64,000 nucleotides of DNA from Anaeromyxobacteraceae bacterium (GTDB lineage: Bacteria; Myxococcota; Myxococcia; Myxococcales; Anaeromyxobacteraceae). Location of the stretch: positions 640,001-704,000 of the forward strand of contig JASGHJ010000001.1 in assembly GCA_047602405.1 (NCBI GenBank), in the 5' to 3' direction. A program made the translations under genes and the position numbers. The first letter of the stretch is position 1, and each line of letters begins with the position of its first letter. This document shows positions 18,004 through 28,988 of the stretch, piece by piece. The notes beneath the pieces were generated by a model. The model had not been told where the DNA came from. It made no database searches and saw only the letters and a program-made list of their open reading frames with translations.

Positions 18004-18864
18004 TCAGCGGCCCGGAGCCGAGGGGCGGGACGCCCGCGCGATCAGCGCGTCGAGCCCGGGCCACCCGTCCCGGCGCAGCGAGAACTTCCCGGCCGCGTCG
18101 CCCCACCGCTCGCCGGCGGTCAGCCGCGCCGCGAGCAGCGCCGGGTCGCGCACCCAGGTGCCGCCGAGCGCCGTCACGCCGCGGGCGAAGAGCGCGTCCG
18201 GCACGAAGCTCGCCGACGGGCCGACGATGACGAGCTCCCGCGCGCCCCGGGCCGCCGCGAGCACCCCGTCGAGCGTGTCGTTGAGGAGCACCGTGCTCGT
18301 CGAGACCACGGCGTCGCAGCCGGCGAGCCGGGCGGGATCGAGGGTGACGGTGAGCCCCGGCTCCTCGCGCACGAGCTCGCCCTTCAGCTCGAGCACGGTG
18401 AGCCCGATGCCCTGCTCGCGGGCGCGCCGCACGAGCGGCGGGAAGAAGCCGATCATCCCGAGCCGGCCGCCCGGCGCGGCGCCGATCGAGCCGAACGCAT
18501 CGACGGCGGGATCGGGCGTGAACCCGGCGCGGTCGAGGAGGTGCCGGGTGAGCGCGTTCAAGGCCGCGAGCCCGAGCGCCCGCGCCGCGGGATCCGGCGA
18601 GGCGAGGCCCTCGGCGAGCGCGAGGGCGCCGCGCGCCACGAGCGCGCCCGCGTCGAGCGCCTGGAGCCGCGCGCGCGTGTCGCCGAGGAGCACGTAGCAG
18701 AGCCCGGTCGCGCCGCCCTCGAGCTGCACGGCGAGGAACGAGCCGTCCTTCTCCGGCGCGGCGTGCTCCGGCGACGGGACGAGGACCCGCGCGACCGGCG
18801 GCGGCGGGACCGCGGCCGCGATGCGCCGCGCGGCGGCGACGAGCTCGGCGTGGAGGGTGCTCAC
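18004..18864 (-). CDS. DUF364-like Rossmann-fold protein
   Basis: LAALNALT, GMIGFFPPLV, STSTVLLNDTLD, VGPSAS, GVTALGG. Confidence 0.75.
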   Translation of the reverse strand: MSTLHAELVAAARRIAAAVPPPPVARVLVPSPEHAAPEKDGSFLAVQLEGGATGLCYVLLGDTRARLQALDAGALVARGALALAEGLASPDPAARALGLAALNALTRHLLDRAGFTPDPAVDAFGSIGAAPGGRLGMIGFFPPLVRRAREQGIGLTVLELKGELVREEPGLTVTLDPARLAGCDAVVSTSTVLLNDTLDGVLAAARGARELVIVGPSASFVPDALFARGVTALGGTWVRDPALLAARLTAGERWGDAAGKFSLRRDGWPGLDALIARASRPSAPGR

Positions 18865-18957
18865 CCGAACCCGACCGTACCCGTCAGGAGTGGCTCCGCA
18901 CAAGCGCGTACGTGCGCGGCTTCCCGATCCGCGACGCGCTGCCGTGACGCCGAGCGG

Positions 18958-19167
18958 TCAGTCCGCCCAGCTCAGCGCGAGCGCGCCGAGGAGGACGAGC
19001 GGCGTGAGCACCGCGATCCCGACGACCGCGAGCTCCACCCCCACCGCGCCCAGCGCGACGGTCGAGGCGATGGCGAGCAGCCAGGTGGCGTCGCGGGTCG
19101 CGTCGCTCACGAGGCGGGTGTGGTCGTGCAGCCAGACGTGCGAGAGGGACTGCGCGTGAACGCTCAT
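18958..19167 (-). CDS. Small hypothetical membrane protein
   Basis: GGAG RBS, two hydrophobic stretches, 69 aa. Confidence 0.5.
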   Translation of the reverse strand: MSVHAQSLSHVWLHDHTRLVSDATRDATWLLAIASTVALGAVGVELAVVGIAVLTPLVLLGALALSWAD

Positions 19168-19370
19168 GGTCTCTCCGGTCCTCCGTCGAGTGGTGGCTCC
19201 GGCCACCATCACGCAGGGTGATGAGGAAGGGAGGGTGGCCGAACGCCTCGCCTCACCGAGGGCGAGGCCAGGCGCGCGCGCGAGGCCGCGCGCGGCGCGG
19301 CGTCGCCGGGGCGCCGAGGGGGCACCCCCGGAAGGCCCGGGCCCTCCGCGCCGGGATTCGGGGCCCGGCG

Positions 19371-20093
19371 CTACGGGTGCCCGCGCCGGCCGCCGTGTCC
19401 GGGCTCAGCGGCGCCGCGGCCCGGGTGCGGGCGGGGGGCGGCCTGTCCGGGCTCCGCCGCGTGCGGGCGCGGGTGCGGGCGCGGGCCGGCCTGGCCCGGA
19501 CGCGCCGGGTGCGGGCGCACCGGCGCGGGCCGGTGCTCGCCGACGCCGGTGCGGTAGTACGCCGGCGCGTGGGACCAGCCGCGCGGACCCCAGCGTCGCG
19601 GGCCCATCCAGCCGCGGTACGGACCCCACCCGCGGTAGGCGCCCCAGCCCCAGTAGCCGCCGACGCGGAACCACGGCCGTGACCACCACGAGAACGCCAC
19701 GACGCCGCCCGGGCCCCAGTACGGCTGCGGGCCGTAGCCATACACCCACGGTGCAACGACCCATCGCCAGCCGTAGGCCGGGTAGAAGACGAACGCCGAC
19801 GGGAAGAGCTGCGGGTCGCCCGGGATCGCGTAGTACTGCGGCTCGTAGGGCATCCAGAGCCAGCCGTACTGCGCCGTGTAGACCCAGCGGCCGACTGCCG
19901 GGGCCGGCGCGGCGGGGGCCGGCGCGGGCGCGGCCTCGGGCACGGCGGGCGGCTGGGCAGGCGGAGGCGGCGGCGCGTCGGCGGGGGCCGAGGTGGCGGG
20001 CGGCGCGGGCTCGGGCGGCAGCGGCGGCGCACCCTGGGACCGCGCGAGCGCGGGCAGGGCGGCGAGGAGGACGGCGATCGAGACGCGCGACAT
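19371..20093 (-). CDS. Pro/Trp/Gly-rich exported hypothetical protein
   Basis: AAGGAG RBS, signal peptide, GRWVYTAQYGWLWMPY...YPAYGWRWVVAPW core. Confidence 0.7.
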   Translation of the reverse strand: MSRVSIAVLLAALPALARSQGAPPLPPEPAPPATSAPADAPPPPPAQPPAVPEAAPAPAPAAPAPAVGRWVYTAQYGWLWMPYEPQYYAIPGDPQLFPSAFVFYPAYGWRWVVAPWVYGYGPQPYWGPGGVVAFSWWSRPWFRVGGYWGWGAYRGWGPYRGWMGPRRWGPRGWSHAPAYYRTGVGEHRPAPVRPHPARPGQAGPRPHPRPHAAEPGQAAPRPHPGRGAAEPGHGGRRGHP

Positions 20094-20395
20094 GGCGGCT
20101 CCTTCCTTCCGTACCTTCAACACCTGTCGGGGCCGCGTGTCGCGGGGTCGACCCACCCGGGGCTGCGCCTTGGCGCAGCAGGGGGCGGAAGAGCGCGTCC
20201 CCCGACGACCCGCGGCCGGACCGAAGGCGCATCTCGGCTCCGGCCTCGAGGCGTCGCCCGGGGAGGCCTGGCGCTGGACCTGGGTGGAGCCGAACGTGCT
20301 GCGCGCCTCGACAATGTCGCGCCGTCGTCATGCCAAGCGTGCTTCGATGTGCGCTGGCGAGCGACTGCCGTCGTCGGGCTGGAGGGGCTCTCGAG

Positions 20396-20974
20396 ATGAG
20401 CAGCATATCGAAAGACGACAAGGCGCTGGCCAGCGCGATCGCGGCGACCTTCGGTGGAGTCCCGCGGGTCACGCGGTACTACGATGATCCCCGGACCCAC
20501 TCGATCGACATCTTGCGCGCGGTGGACCGCCCGCAGGCGGGAGTGACGAGCTGGTCGACCGTAGGGCTGTACAAGTCACCGCTCTACCTTCGTGACAACG
20601 AGTACCCTGCGCGAGTCGAGATCGTCGGGGCGTGCGGGTCGGCATTCGAGGATTTCGGAAGCGTCCTCGCCACAGCCGCGTTCAACATCGCAAAGGATCG
20701 CTGGTTCTGCGCGCCAGGGGTCATCTTCCCTGACGTCGTCAAGATGTACCGGCCAAGTGGCACGATGCGACACGGCCTGTTCGTACCTCCGTTTCTCTGG
20801 GACTCGTTGCGCACGCTCAAACTTGGCGGTCGCGATGTCGCTTTCTTGCTGCTCGTGCCCATCTCCGAGGGCGAGTGCAAGTTGGCGGAAGCGGAAGGGC
20901 CAGCGCAGCTCGAGGCGCTGTTCGAGAAGGAACAGATCGACATCTTCGACATCGACCGCCCCTCGGCCGTGTGA
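20396..20974 (+). CDS. Suppressor-of-fused (SUFU) domain protein, immunity-like
   Basis: GVTSWSTVGL, RVEIVG, APGVIFPDVV, FLLLVPISEGE, IDIFDIDRPS; GGAGG RBS; visibly more AT-rich codons. Confidence 0.82.
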   Translation: MSSISKDDKALASAIAATFGGVPRVTRYYDDPRTHSIDILRAVDRPQAGVTSWSTVGLYKSPLYLRDNEYPARVEIVGACGSAFEDFGSVLATAAFNIAKDRWFCAPGVIFPDVVKMYRPSGTMRHGLFVPPFLWDSLRTLKLGGRDVAFLLLVPISEGECKLAEAEGPAQLEALFEKEQIDIFDIDRPSAV

Positions 20975-21029
20975 TCTCGACGGCAAGTGACTCATCGCGC
21001 GACCCTCGCGTTTGCAGCACCGAGGAGTT

Positions 21030-21125
21030 CATCGTCCACCGCGGTCGAGAAGTACGGCCGGTCGGTGCAGCTCGTCCCGGCCGGCGGCCCCGACGAGCCG
21101 GGCCTCTTCCCGTACACGGTCGGGC
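21030..21125 (+). pseudogene. Possible DUF4262-like gene fragment
   Basis: AVEKYGRSVQLVPAGGPDEPGLFPYTVG resembles the DUF4262 N-terminal motif; no intact gene. Confidence 0.35.
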
Positions 21126-21274
21126 CATCGAGGCGTCGAGCGGTTGGACGCACGCCGATGAGGAGGCCCGGGAGCGATGGTCCGCGGATTGTCCGTCGGG
21201 TCGGCCGAACGGACGGTGCTCACGCGCCCGAATGACGGCCCGAGTTGCGCCCTCGCGCCCGAGGAAATGTCAGA

Positions 21275-22958
21275 CAGACCTGATTCCCGCTGAGGGGTCG
21301 CGGCGCGGGTACGGCGCCGGCGGCGCTTGAGGTTCCGACCTACTTCGCGAAGGGCACGGCTTTCGTGGCGCGGGTGAGTTCTTCCCCCGGTGGCCGCGGT
21401 TTCCTGATCGGCAAGATCGACGGGCGGATCGGGCCCGGCGATCATCGCCTCCGCGCAATGAGAAGGGGTGGAGCCAAGGCCGGCCCCACCCCCAAGACGG
21501 CCGAACTCGCGCAAACGAGAAGAGGCCGGGAGGCAGGAGATCATGCCGATCACCGAAGCACAAGCCCGGCGTGCGTTGCGGCACGCCGACATCCCCTGGG
21601 ACCGGGAGGTGGACGACCCGCGCGAGGATCCGTGGGTCGTTCACGACCACTACGGTCTGCTCGGCGGCCTCGCCGCCGCGTTCGCCGTGGGCCGGTACCG
21701 GCTGCGGCACGCCGAGAACTTCCTCGCCGATCTTGGCGTGGGCGCGCGTCGCGCGCTCGGCCTCGGCCGGCGGACGCCGAGCGACACGACGCTCTACAGG
21801 CTGCTGGCCGGGCAGGACGCGGCGGGTTTCGAGGAGACCGTCTTCGCCCAGGTGAAGGACCTCGTCGCGCGGAAGGTCGTGAAGCACGACCGGTTCCGCG
21901 TCGGAGTCGTGAGCTTCGACGGCAAGGGCACCTGGTCGCGGACCGACGGCGAGCCGGTCGAAGGCGCAAAGCGGGCGGTCGACGATTTCCACGGGGTGAC
22001 GATCCAGAGCTTCGGCGCGATGCGCGCGGCGCTCACCTCGTCGTCCGTGTGCCCGTGCGTCGGGCAGAAGGTCATCGGCTCCAAGGAGGGCGAGGTCCCC
22101 GCCTTCCGCGAGCTCTTCCCACGCGTGTGCGAGGCGCTGGGAGAGCGCTTCAAGATCATCACCGGCGATGCGGGTCTGTGCGCGCGAGAGAGCGCCGAGC
22201 TCGTGGCCGAGCGCGGTCGCTGGTACCTCTTCACGCTGAAGGGAAACCAGCCTCACCTGCACGGCCTCGCGAGCGACTTCCGCTGCTACGAGATGGGCGT
22301 GCCGCTGGCGCGGACGACGGACCGGTACCGCGGTCACAGCGTCGTGCGGGAACTCTACGCCGTCGACGTCGCGGGCAGCCGCATGGTCGACATCGCCGAC
22401 GCTCAACAGCTCTGGTACGTCTGCCAGACTACCTACGCACCGAACGGCGGGTGCGTCGCCGTCGAGCAGCGGTACTTCGTCACCTCGATCCCCTCGCGCA
22501 CCTTCTCGCGCGGCGAGGAACTCGCCCTCGTGCGCCTGCACTGGGCCATCGAGAACGGCTGTCACTGGGCGATGGACGTCGCGCTTCGCGAGGACGAGGC
22601 GCAGCCCTGCCAGGTGAGCCGAGCGGCCATCGAGGCCGTCAGCTGGCTGCGCATCATCGGCTACAACGCCGTCAGCGCCTGGCGACAGCTCGCACCGCAG
22701 AAGGACCGAAAGCCCATCAGCTGGGAGCGCGCGAAGGAGACCCTCCGCGACGCGCTGGTGCTCGCCGGACGCGATCACCTCGAGCCGCTCTCAGCCGACA
22801 CCTGAACCCACGGCCGGCCGCCGTCCCCCCTCCTCCTTGCGCGCGACAACCGAGAACGTCCCCGGCCCTCGGCCGCTGCCGACCTTCGTCTTCACGTCGC
22901 GGCAGGACCCTTGAACCGGCAGACGTACCTGAACCCCACCGAACGCGGATCAGGTCTG
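21275..22958 (+). mobile_element. ISAs1-family insertion sequence, 1684 bp
   Basis: TIR CAGACCTGAT at both ends; 10-bp direct repeat AAATGTCAGA at 21265-21274 and 22959-22968. Confidence 0.92.
21543..22805 (+). CDS. ISAs1-family transposase
   Basis: DDPR, PSDTTLYRLL, SFDGK, TGDAG, LKGNQPHL, RYFVTS, HWAIENGCHWAMDV. Confidence 0.92.
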   Translation: MPITEAQARRALRHADIPWDREVDDPREDPWVVHDHYGLLGGLAAAFAVGRYRLRHAENFLADLGVGARRALGLGRRTPSDTTLYRLLAGQDAAGFEETVFAQVKDLVARKVVKHDRFRVGVVSFDGKGTWSRTDGEPVEGAKRAVDDFHGVTIQSFGAMRAALTSSSVCPCVGQKVIGSKEGEVPAFRELFPRVCEALGERFKIITGDAGLCARESAELVAERGRWYLFTLKGNQPHLHGLASDFRCYEMGVPLARTTDRYRGHSVVRELYAVDVAGSRMVDIADAQQLWYVCQTTYAPNGGCVAVEQRYFVTSIPSRTFSRGEELALVRLHWAIENGCHWAMDVALREDEAQPCQVSRAAIEAVSWLRIIGYNAVSAWRQLAPQKDRKPISWERAKETLRDALVLAGRDHLEPLSADT

Positions 22959-22993
22959 AAATGTCAGACCCCTGAGCTATACATGCGTTCAGA

Positions 22994-24991
22994 ATGAACG
23001 CGGGACACCCCACTGCCGCAGGGCCTTCCGGGTCGTCACCCGCGGTGGCGTCGCCCGCCGCGGCGCCGCCCACCGGGTCCCCGCGCCCCGCGCGCCGCCC
23101 GCGGGGCGACGACGCCTTCCTCGCCCGCCTCGAGGCGCGCGCGGCCGCGGCGAAGGGCGAGCCGTCGAAGCTCGTCCTCTCGCGTGCGGACGGGAAGCGG
23201 CTCGTCGCGCTCGCGGTGAAGCTGGCCCGCGGGCACGGCCCGGAGGACCTCCGCGTCGGAGAGGGGCTGTGGACGCTCCGGCCTCACGATTTCAAGCTCG
23301 GCTACAACGGCATCGGCGACCTCGCCCTCGACCGGCTGGGGATCGATCCCGCCCACGCGCGGTGGCTCGCCGGCCTCGCCGAGAAGCTCGCCACCCGGCC
23401 GCTCATCCGCGCCGCGGTCGCCTCGGGCGAGCTCTCGATGCGCAAGGCCGAGGCCATCGTGGACGCGGCCGTCGACGAGAAGCTCGAGGCCTACTGGCTC
23501 GGCCGCGCGAGGCTCGAGCCGGTCCGGGAGCTCGAGCGGCTCACGAAGCCGGGGACGAACCCGTACGACGAGGGCTGGCGGGATGTCGTGGCCCGGCTCG
23601 AGGACCCCGTCCACCGGGAGCACGTCGAGTACGCCTTCGAGGTCGCCTCGGTGATCCTCGGCGACCCCGACGCGCCGAAGTGGAAGGTCATCCGGGCGCT
23701 CTGCATGGAGTTCCTCGGGGGTCATCCGGTGCCGGTCGCTCCGGGTGCGGACGCCGGCGAGGGACCGTCAGTTGTGGCGCGTCCGCCCGAGGGACCGTCA
23801 GGTGTGGCGCGTGGGCCGGAGGAGGCGGGGGCTCCGGTGCCCGAGGCCACGGGAACGACGGGAGCGCCCGAAGCCGGACCGTCAGGTGTGGCGCGCAGTC
23901 CGGCGGTTGAACCGTCAGGTATGGCGCGTGCCGCTGCGGCGCGCCTGCCCCCGCCGCCCTGCCCATCGCCCCAGCAGCTCCTCCGCGAGCTCGCGCGGCT
24001 CCAGAAGGCCCGCCTCCCCGACGAGGAGCGGTTCGGCCGGGCCATCCTGCTCGTGCGCGTCTTCCGGGCCTACCGACTCGCAGGCGCCCGGACGTTCGAG
24101 GTCTTCTGCGTCGAACAGCTCGGCGTCGCCCCGTCGACGGCCCGCCAGCGCATGACCCTCGAGCGGAACCTCCGCGCGCTCCCCGAGCTCCGCGAAGCGC
24201 TACGCACCGGCGCCCTCTCCTACGAGCAGGCCCGCGCCGTCGCGAAGGTCGCCACCCCCGCGGACGTCGCGCCGCGCATCGTCGCGGCCGCGAAGAAGCC
24301 CGCCATCGAGACCCGCCGTGAGGTGCAGCAGGAGCTGGACCAGCAGATGTGGCGCGAGGGGACGGTCAAGGCTTCGGTCCCGCGCGACGTGGACGAGCTC
24401 TTCGCCGAGGCCCTCCTCTCCGCCCGGCTGCGCTCCGGGCCGGGGCTCTCCCCCGGGCAGGCGCTCTTCCTCATGAGCTTCCACTTCACCGATGTCTGGG
24501 AGCCGCTCGCGCTCGACCTCGTCCTGAAGGCCGATGAGATCAAGCTCCGTGACGGCGGCCGCTGCCAGGTCCCCGGCTGCTCCCACCCCGCGGAGCACGT
24601 GCATCACGTCCGCTTCCGGTCACAGGGCGGCCGTACCACGGGCACCAACCTCGTGAGCGTGTGCTCGGCCCACCACCTCATCGGCATTCACAAGGGGTTC
24701 ATCCGCGTGTCCGGCACCGCCCCCGGCGGCCTCGTCTGGGAGTTCCTCGGCCGCGACTCCGAGGAGATCGCGCTCCTCTTCCCGGAGGACCCCGCCGAGC
24801 GTGACGAGGGTTCCCAGGCTGGGGCTTCGGTGATGGAGCCCGCCGCTTCGCCCGCCGCTCCGGCCAGAGCCACGGCTCCCTGGCGCAGCGAGGACGGTGA
24901 ACCTTTGGGCTTTCCTACCCGATGCCCTTCGCCTTGCGGATCAGGTCGCAGAGCTCGCGCACCGCGCCGCGGCCACCCTTCGCGGTCGTGA
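22994..24991 (+). CDS. HNH endonuclease-domain protein (DUF222/13E12-like)
   Basis: RDGGRCQVPGC...HVHHVRFRSQGG...NLVSVCSAHH...H; two similar helical modules upstream; 3' end overlaps kdsC. Confidence 0.82.
   Translation: MNAGHPTAAGPSGSSPAVASPAAAPPTGSPRPARRPRGDDAFLARLEARAAAAKGEPSKLVLSRADGKRLVALAVKLARGHGPEDLRVGEGLWTLRPHDFKLGYNGIGDLALDRLGIDPAHARWLAGLAEKLATRPLIRAAVASGELSMRKAEAIVDAAVDEKLEAYWLGRARLEPVRELERLTKPGTNPYDEGWRDVVARLEDPVHREHVEYAFEVASVILGDPDAPKWKVIRALCMEFLGGHPVPVAPGADAGEGPSVVARPPEGPSGVARGPEEAGAPVPEATGTTGAPEAGPSGVARSPAVEPSGMARAAAARLPPPPCPSPQQLLRELARLQKARLPDEERFGRAILLVRVFRAYRLAGARTFEVFCVEQLGVAPSTARQRMTLERNLRALPELREALRTGALSYEQARAVAKVATPADVAPRIVAAAKKPAIETRREVQQELDQQMWREGTVKASVPRDVDELFAEALLSARLRSGPGLSPGQALFLMSFHFTDVWEPLALDLVLKADEIKLRDGGRCQVPGCSHPAEHVHHVRFRSQGGRTTGTNLVSVCSAHHLIGIHKGFIRVSGTAPGGLVWEFLGRDSEEIALLFPEDPAERDEGSQAGASVMEPAASPAAPARATAPWRSEDGEPLGFPTRCPSPCGSGRRARAPRRGHPSRS
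23764..23928 (+). repeat. Four copies of the 18-bp motif ACCGTCAG(G/T)T(G/A)TGGCGCG inside the HNH gene
   Basis: Copies start at 23764, 23794, 23878 and 23911; spacings of 30, 84 and 33 bp. Confidence 0.85.
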
Positions 24992-25526
24992 CGAAGTGCG
25001 CGGCGGCCTTCGCCTCGGGCATCGCGTCGGCGGGGCACGCGGAGAGGCCGACCTTGCGCAGCAGCGGGACGTCGTTCACGTCGTCGCCCATGTACGCGAC
25101 CTCGTCGTCGGCGACGCCGAGCGCGCCCAGCGCGGCGTAGCCCTCGAGCTTGTCGCGCTGGGCGAAGACCATGTGCTTGAAGCGGAGCTCCTCGAGCCGC
25201 TTCTGCGTCGCCCTGCCCGGCCGGCCGGAGATGACGCCGAAGTCCACGTGGTCGCGGAGCAGCACCACGCCGTGGCCGTCGCGCACGTCGAACGCCTTCA
25301 GGGCCTCGCCGTCCGGGCCGTAGTAGAGCCGCCCGTCGGTGAGCACGCCGTCGACGTCGAGGAGCACGAGCTTGATCCGCGCGGCGCGGCGCACGAGCTC
25401 CTGGGGCGGGATGCGACTCCGTGACCCGGAGGGTCCCTCGACTCCGGCCCGGCCGGCGCCGGGCCTACGCTCGGGACGAACGGAGGCGCGAGGCTTCGAG
25501 CTCTGAGGAGGGGCCCGGCGCTTCAC
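24915..25526 (-). CDS. kdsC: KDO 8-phosphate phosphatase
   Basis: LLDVDGVLTDG, FDVRDGHG, YMGDDVND, GGRGAVRELCD; GTGA overlap with kdsA. Confidence 0.92.
   Translation of the reverse strand: MKRRAPPQSSKPRASVRPERRPGAGRAGVEGPSGSRSRIPPQELVRRAARIKLVLLDVDGVLTDGRLYYGPDGEALKAFDVRDGHGVVLLRDHVDFGVISGRPGRATQKRLEELRFKHMVFAQRDKLEGYAALGALGVADDEVAYMGDDVNDVPLLRKVGLSACPADAMPEAKAAAHFVTTAKGGRGAVRELCDLIRKAKGIG
25434..25483. repeat. REP/RPE-like element in the kdsC 5' coding region
   Basis: TCCCTCGACTCCGG-hairpin-ACGCTCGGGACGAACGG matches the reverse complement of 10485-10533. Confidence 0.75.
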
Positions 25527-26347
25527 GGGCGCCTGACCGCCGCGCGGATGGCGAGGACGTCGGTGAGCACGGCGTCGGCCATCGCGAAGTCGAGCGAGTT
25601 CGGGCCGTCCGACTTCGCGACCGACGGGTCCTCGTGGATCTCCGTGAAGAGCGCGTCGATGCCGACCGCGGCCGCCGCGCGGGCGAGCGGGGCGACGTAC
25701 TGGCGCTCGCCGCCGGTGGTGTCGCCGCCGGACCCCGGCAGCTGCACCGAGTGCGTCGCGTCGAGGCAGACCGGCACGCCGAGCTCGCGCATGATCACGA
25801 GCGACCGCATGTCGACGACGAGGTTGCCGTAGCCGAAGGTGGCGCCGCGCTCCATGAGGAGCACGTCCTTCTGCCCGACCTCGGCGCACTTCGCGACGGC
25901 GTGGCGCATCTCCTTCGGGGCGAGGAACTGGCCCTTCTTGATGGAGACGCTCTTCCCGTGCTTCGCGCAGGCGAGGACGAGGTCGGTCTGGCGGCAGAGG
26001 AACGCCGGGATCTGCAGCACGTCGACGACCTTGCCGGCCTGCTCCGCCTGCCAGGTCTCGTGCACGTCGGTCGTGCAGGGGAGCCCGGTCTCGCGCTTCA
26101 CCGCCTCGAACGCGGCGAGCGCCTTCTCGAGGCCGATGCCCCGGTAGCTCTTGCCCGAGGAGCGGTTCGCCTTGTCGAAGCTCGCCTTGAAGACGGCGTT
26201 CACGCCGTGCTTCTCGGCGAGCGCCTTCACCTTGCGGGCGTGGGCGAGCGCCTGCGCCTCCGACTCCATCACGCACGGCCCGGCGATGAGCAGCAGCTTC
26301 TGCCCGTCGCCGACGGCGTGCCCGCCGATCCTCGAGAGCACCGCCAT
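25523..26347 (-). CDS. kdsA: KDO 8-phosphate synthase
   Basis: AGPCVME, KASFDKANRSS, QIPAFLCRQTD, DATHSVQ, SDGPN. Confidence 0.96.
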   Translation of the reverse strand: MAVLSRIGGHAVGDGQKLLLIAGPCVMESEAQALAHARKVKALAEKHGVNAVFKASFDKANRSSGKSYRGIGLEKALAAFEAVKRETGLPCTTDVHETWQAEQAGKVVDVLQIPAFLCRQTDLVLACAKHGKSVSIKKGQFLAPKEMRHAVAKCAEVGQKDVLLMERGATFGYGNLVVDMRSLVIMRELGVPVCLDATHSVQLPGSGGDTTGGERQYVAPLARAAAAVGIDALFTEIHEDPSVAKSDGPNSLDFAMADAVLTDVLAIRAAVRRP

Positions 26348-26350
26348 GGG

Positions 26351-28793
<2,443 letters not shown>

Positions 28794-28804
28794 ACCGGGA
28801 GCCC

Positions 28805-28833
28805 AAACTAGACGGCGCGATCCCCCGAGTCAA
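28805..28833 (-). promoter_or_regulatory. Sigma70-type promoter of the kdsB-pyrG operon
   Basis: TTGACT-N17-TAGTTT on the minus strand just upstream of kdsB. Confidence 0.55.
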
Positions 28834-28988
28834 CGGCCGACCGATGCGGGACGACCGAGCGTACGCGCCGTACCACCTTCGTGCTGCGTGGGCGGGGACT
28901 TGGGGTGCGGCGTGCGGTTCCGTACTTCCCGGTTGACGCGGGGGCGCCGATGGGAGGTGTCCGGAAACCGTGCGTTTCCGCGGCGGCG

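Noticed and set aside
20200..21030. SUFU gene as an integron cassette
   Set aside because: No convincing attC pair was found, and there is no integrase in the window.
23764..23928. 18-bp repeats as a mini CRISPR array
   Set aside because: The repeats are short, the spacing is irregular (30/84/33 bp) and all copies are in frame within a CDS.
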